Assembly (NCBI GenBank): GCA_964016885.1
Contig: OZ024764.1
Coordinates: 26,288,001 to 26,352,000, forward strand
Reading direction: 5' to 3'
Source: Eledone cirrhosa
Taxonomy: Eukaryota
DNA: 64,000 bases
Part shown: piece after piece, positions 58,577 through 64,000 of the stretch
Position numbering within the stretch: position 1 is the first letter of the stretch
Layout: every line of letters starts with the position of its first letter
The notes under the pieces: model-generated
What the model was told of the DNA's origin: nothing
Seen by the model: only the letters and a program-made list of their open reading frames with translations
Databases searched by the model: none
Made by a program: the position numbers and the translations under genes

Positions 58577-58800
58577 ACTAACCTAGGGCTAATCTAAGGC
58601 TAACCTAGAGCTAATCTAGGGCTAACTTAGAGCTAAGCTAGACTTAACCTGGGTTTAATGTAGGGCTAACCTAGGGCCAATGTAGAACTAACCTTGGGCT
58701 AATCTAAAGCCAACCTAGGGCTAACCTAGAGTTGACCTAGAGCTAATCTAGGGCTAATGTTGAACTAGCCTAGGCCCAACCTAGAGTTAACCTAGAGCTA
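58577..58800. repeat. Degenerate 11-bp repeat (aacctagggct)n
   Basis: Direct inspection. Confidence 0.8.
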
Positions 58801-58893
58801 AAAAACAACAATAACACCACTTTTTAATACTAATTTCACCATATCTCAGCTCTGAAGATACCAAATTTTGTATGTTCTCCATTATTTTCACAG

Positions 58894-58990
58894 TATATAC
58901 ATGGGTGTCCTTCCAAACTTGATTATAACTGATCCTGAATTTGTACAAGAAGTTTTAGTAAAAAGATTTTCAACCTTTACTAACCGAACT
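58894..58990 (+). CDS. CYP3A-like: CYP exon 4 (IYMGVLPNLIITDPEFVQEVLVKRFSTFTNRT)
   Basis: cacag/gtaagt. ITDP----VLVK-F--FTNR motif. Confidence 0.93.
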
Positions 58991-59550
58991 GTAAGTAGTA
59001 TATTATATGTTTCCTATGTAATTTCATTTTAATTTAATCCTTTAATGTTCCAACCGGCCAGAATTCTCTCCCTTTTTCTGTTGAAACTGGCTGTAACTGG
59101 TTGCTCAAAATCTCATAGATTCGATATTATGTGAGGTAAAGCCTTTACCGTGAAAATACAATAGTATATATAGAGTAATGTGAATGCTAAAGGGTTAAAA
59201 GGAACCCATTAAAATCTGTAGGTTTTTTTTGGCTGGTATCTAATTATTAATTGTTTCATTACTAAGATAGTAACATAACATATGAGTCTTATATAAAACT
59301 ATGTTGGAAGATTTTAATTTAAAAAGAACCCATTAAAATCTGTAGGGTTTGTTGGTTGGTAGCTAATTATTAATTGTTTCTTTATTGATCATTACTTAAC
59401 ATATGGTTCATTTATAAAGCAGACTGCACCAAGTTGCTGCTTATATAAGGACCTTATGCCATGTTATTATATTAGTAATAGAAGTGTGGTGGATTGGCAG
59501 TATCGGTGGAGCATCAGACACCATGCTTTGCAGCATAGAGTTACGGCCAT

Positions 59551-59753
59551 TTAACCCTTTAGCATTTACAGTACTTTATATATACTATTGTATTTTTGTG
59601 GTAAAAGCTTTATCTTACATAAAATCGAATCTATGAGATTTTGATATTTATTTTGACAACAATATCTTAACATCAGTATGAGTAACCAGTTACAGCCAGT
59701 TTGAAAAGAAAGAGGTGAGAGAATTCTGGTCGGTTTAAATGCTAAAAGGTTAA
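59551..59753. mobile_element. TTAA MITE inserted in a SINE-A (59485-59878)
   Basis: TTAA at both ends; the SINE resumes after it. Confidence 0.82.
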
Positions 59754-60204
59754 AATCTGAGTTGAAATCTCGCCATGGTGAACTTTGCCTTTCATCCTTA
59801 TGGGGTCGGTAAAATAAAGTACCAGTAATGCACTGGGGTAAATGCTGGCCTTGTGCCAAAACTAGAAACAATTATTATCATTATGACCTCGGCCCTTTAT
59901 GATCTGAATTCAAATCCCGCCGAGGTTAACTTTGCTTTTCATCCTAACAGGGTTGATAAAATAAATTACCAGTAATACAGTAATTGCTGGCCTTGTGCCA
60001 AAAGTAGAAACAATTATTGTTGTTATGACGAGAGAGAAATGAGGATGGAATGTTCTTTAACCTAAAGCCGGGTTGAAAAATCGTAAAAAGATGACAGTTC
60101 CTGTGGCAAGAATGCTGTCTGGAGGGAAACGAAGACTGATGGCGCAGTGAAGACAGTTACACATTGTACAGAGCTGGGGAGGGAATCTGGTGGAATAGAG
60201 AGGC

Positions 60205-60990
60205 TGATGGTTATATGGGAGAGAGAGAGAGAGCTGGAGGTGATGGTTATATGTGAGAGAGAGAGCTGGAGGTGATGGTTATATGTGAGAGAGAGAGCTG
60301 AAGGTGATGGTTATATGTGAGAGAGAGCTGGAGGTGATGGTTATATGTGAGACAGAGCTGAAGGTGATGGTTATATGTGAGAGAGAGCTGGAGGTGATGG
60401 TTATATGTGAGAGAGAGCTGGAGGTGATGGTTATATGTGAGAGAGAGCTGGAGGTGATGGTTATATATGAGAGAGAGAGAGCTGGAGGTGATGGTTATAT
60501 GTGAGAGAGAGAGCTGGAGGTGATGGTTATATGTGAGAGAGAGCTGGAGGTGATGGTTATATGTGACAGAGAGAGCTGAAGGTGATGGTTATATGTGAGA
60601 GAGAGAGGAGGTGATGGTTATATATGAGAGAGAGAGGAGGTGATGGTTATATGTGAGACAGAGCTGAAGGTGATGGTTATATGTGAGAGAGAGCTGAAAG
60701 TGATGGTTATATGTGAGAGAGAGCTGGAGATGGTGGTTATATGGAGGAGAGAGAGCTGAAGGTGATGGTTATATATGAGAGAGAGAGCTGGAGGTGATAG
60801 TTATATGTGAGAGAGAGAGGAGGTGATGGTTATATGTGAGACAGAGCTGAAGGTGATGGTTATATGTGAGAGAGAGAGCTGGAGGTGATGGTTATATGGG
60901 GGAGAGAGAGAGGTGATGGTTATATATGAGAGAGAGAAGGAGGGAATCTGGTGGAATAGAGAGGCTGGTGGTTATATGGGAGAGAGAGAG
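60205..60990. repeat. ~30-bp minisatellite gagagagagctggaggtgatggttatatgt
   Basis: Direct tandem repeats. Confidence 0.93.
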
Positions 60991-61194
60991 CTGGGGAGGG
61001 TCGATAAAATAAAGTACCAGTAATACACGGGGATAATTGTTGGCCTTGTGCCAAAAGTAGAAACAATTATCTTAGTAATAAAATAAAATAATAAAATAAA
61101 CAAAACCCAGCCAAAACTAACTCTGGTTCTATGAAACAACAAATATATTTAATAAAATAAATTATGAACTTTATCATTCTTTATACTTTGTCAG

Positions 61195-61308
61195 ATTCTT
61201 TTGAATGATGAGATCAGTGCTCTTTCACTACCAGCTGCTAAAGATAGCCATTGGAAATTTCTCCGCACTGTGTTGTCTCCATCCTTTACCTCCCATCAAT
61301 TGAGAGAG
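61195..61308 (+). CDS. CYP3A-like: CYP exon 5 (ILLNDEIS...HWKFLRTVLSPSFTSHQLRE)
   Basis: tcag/gtaagt. Helix C WxxxR plus LSP-FT motif, 114 bp. Confidence 0.93.
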
Positions 61309-62109
61309 GTAAGTATGTCATCATCATCATCGTTTAACGCCCATCTTCCACGCTAGCATGGGTTAGACGGGAGTTGTCCCACTTGAGGCAAGATTGATCG
61401 GGTGACCGTGTCTCGCTCGTATAGGACTATCTGGCAGGTTTTCTACGGCTGGATGTCCTTCCTAACACCAACCACGTTTACAGTGTGGACTGGGAGCTTT
61501 TTACCGTGTTACCTACACTGCCACATTACAGCGTGGACTGGGAGCTTTTTACCGTTATCTACACTGCCACATTACAGCGTGGACTGTGTGTTTTTTGTCA
61601 TGAAACCTACACGATCTCGATCTCAATCTCATTATCTCATTAGTTTGAGGGCGGTGGATTGGCAGTATCGGTAGAGGGTCGGACGCCATGCTTTCCAGCA
61701 TAGTTAAGTCCCTTTACGATCTGAGTTCAAATCCCGCCGAGGTTGACTTTGCCTTTCATCCTTACGGGGTCGATAAAATGAAGTACCAGTAATGAACTGG
61801 GTAATTGTTGGCCTTGTGCCTAAATTAGAAACAATTATCTCATTAGTTTGGACTAATATATCTATATATTTATATGTATATAAATATTTGGATAATTCTA
61901 TAAGTTGATAAAACAACAGTAAGACATTAAGATATTTATTAAAACTGGCCATATCCGACCATAATTTTACCACTAAATCATGTAATGAAGTTTCTTGCAC
62001 AAGGACCCGATACACTGCTAGAAATTCACCTCACAACCTCACAATCTTCATCCCAAACACCCTTACCCATTAAACCATGCAATGAAATATCATTCTATGT
62101 CTGTTGTAG

Positions 62110-62198
62110 ATGAACACAATGATTCAAGCATGTGCTGGTACATTGGCAGACAACTTTGGAAAATTAGCAGACAGCGGAGAAATTACAGAAGTTAAAAA
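62110..62198 (+). CDS. CYP3A-like: CYP exon 6 (MNTMIQACAGTLADNFGKLADSGEITEVK); gene continues beyond window
   Basis: tgtag/gtatgt, 89 bp, phase 0-2 as in CYP3A. Confidence 0.88.
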
Positions 62199-62267
62199 GT
62201 ATGTAAGAATATTTGAACATTCTCTTTGAAATTTAACTTTGTTTCAATATCAGAACATTAGTTGGTT

Positions 62268-64000
62268 ACACTCTACAGCCACTGACCAACAACAACACCA
62301 CTCTACAGCCACTGACCAACAACAACACCACTCTACAGCCACTGACTAACAACAACACCACTCTACAGCCACTGACCAACAACAACACCACTCTACAGCC
62401 ACTGACTACCAACAACAACACCACTCTACAGCCACTGACCAACAACACCACTCTAGAGCCACTGACTACCAACAACAACACCACTCTACAGCCACTGACC
62501 AACAACAACACCACTCTACAGCCACTGACTACCAACAACAACACCACTCTACAGCCACTGACCAACAACACCACTCTAGAGCCACTGACTACCAACAACA
62601 ACACCACTCTACAGCCACTGACCAACAACAACACCACTCTACAGCCACTGACTACCAACAACAACACCACTCTACAGCCACTGACCAACAACACCACTCT
62701 AGAGCCACTGACTACCAACAACAACACCACTCTACAGCCACTGACCAACAACAACACCACTCTACAGCCACTGACCAACAACAACACCACTCTACAGCCA
62801 CTGACTAACAACAACACCACTCTACAGCCACTGACCAACAACAACACCACTCTACAGCCACTGACTACCAACAACAACACCACTCTACAGCCACTGACCA
62901 ACAACACCACTCTAGAGCCACTGACTACCAACAACAACACCACTCTACAGCCACTGACCAACAACAACACCACTCTACAGCCACTGACCAACAACAACAC
63001 CACTCTACAGCCACTGACTAACAACAACACCACTCTACAGCCACTGACCAACAACAACACCACTCTACAGCCACTGACTACCAACAACAACACCACTCTA
63101 CAGCCACTGACCAACAACACCACTCTAGAGCCACTGACTACCAACAACAACACCACTCTACAGCCACTGACCAACAACAACACCACTCTACAGCCACTGA
63201 CTACCAACAACAACACCACTCTACAGCCACTGACCAACAACACCACTCTAGAGCCACTGACTACCAACAACAACACCACTCTACAGCCACTGACCAACAA
63301 CAACACCACTCTACAGCCACTGACTACCAACAACAACACCACTCTACAGCCACTGACCAACAACACCACTCTAGAGCCACTGACTACCAACAACAACACC
63401 ACTCTACAGCCACTGACCAACAACAACACCACTCTACAGCCACTGACCAACAACAACACCACTCTACAGCCACTGACTACCAACAACAACACCACTCTAC
63501 AGCCACTGACCAACAACAACACCACTCTACAGCCACTGACTACCAACAACAACACCACTCTACAGCCACTGACCAACAACAACACCACTCTACAGCCACT
63601 GACTACCAACAACAACACCACTCTACAGCCACTGACCAACAACAACACCACTCTACAGCCACTGACTACCAACAACAACACCACTCTAGAGCCACCGACC
63701 AACAACAACACCACTCTACAGCCACTGACTACCAACAACAACACCACTCTAGAGCCACCGACCAACAACAACACCACTCTACAGCCACTGACTACCAACA
63801 ACAACACCACTCTACAGCCACTGACCAACAACAACACCACTCTACAGCCACTGACTACCAACAACAACACCACTCTAGAGCCACCGACCAACAACAACAC
63901 CACTCTACAGCCACTGACTACCAACAACAACACCACTCTACAGCCACTGACCAACAACAACACCACTCTACAGCCACTGACTACCAACAACAACACCACT
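62268..64000. repeat. 27/30/33-bp minisatellite accaacaacaacaccactctacagccactg(act) in CYP intron 6
   Basis: Direct tandem repeats. Explains the spurious 577-aa ORF. Confidence 0.95.

Noticed and set aside
58577-58800. Interstitial telomeric repeat
   Set aside because: The period is 11 bp (aacctagggct), not TTAGGG.

Overview
Repeat-rich animal genomic DNA, most likely an octopod cephalopod. That assignment is inferred from the [11 protein letters not shown]-type C2H2 array, the SINE/RTE families and the very large (TA)n tracts. Three + strand genes are supported by splice-phase-consistent exons. The first is the 3' half of a spinster/SPNS MFS transporter (exons 1327-7864, a frame-preserving cassette at 9580-9675, and two candidate last exons at 19971 and 37583). 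The second is an intronless 16-finger C2H2 zinc-finger ORF (47279-48646). The third is the first six exons of a clan-3, CYP3A-like cytochrome P450 (53775-62198). The rest is tRNA-derived SINEs, RTE/CR1/CRE LINE fragments, TTAA-CCC (piggyBac-type) MITEs, a mariner relic and mini/microsatellites. Most ORFs in the supplied track are repeat artefacts. The main unexplained signal is about 15 short non-coding fold-back elements embedded in (TA)n. Most carry a minimal type-I hammerhead ribozyme core (CUGANGA...GAAA...UH, with a palindromic stem III). Most have a copy-specific inverted duplication, and many share a 3' tail hairpin (ACTC/GCTC...GAGT/GAGC) across otherwise unrelated families. They look like extremely truncated or non-autonomous Penelope-like retroelements that place a ribozyme on both strands inside host introns.
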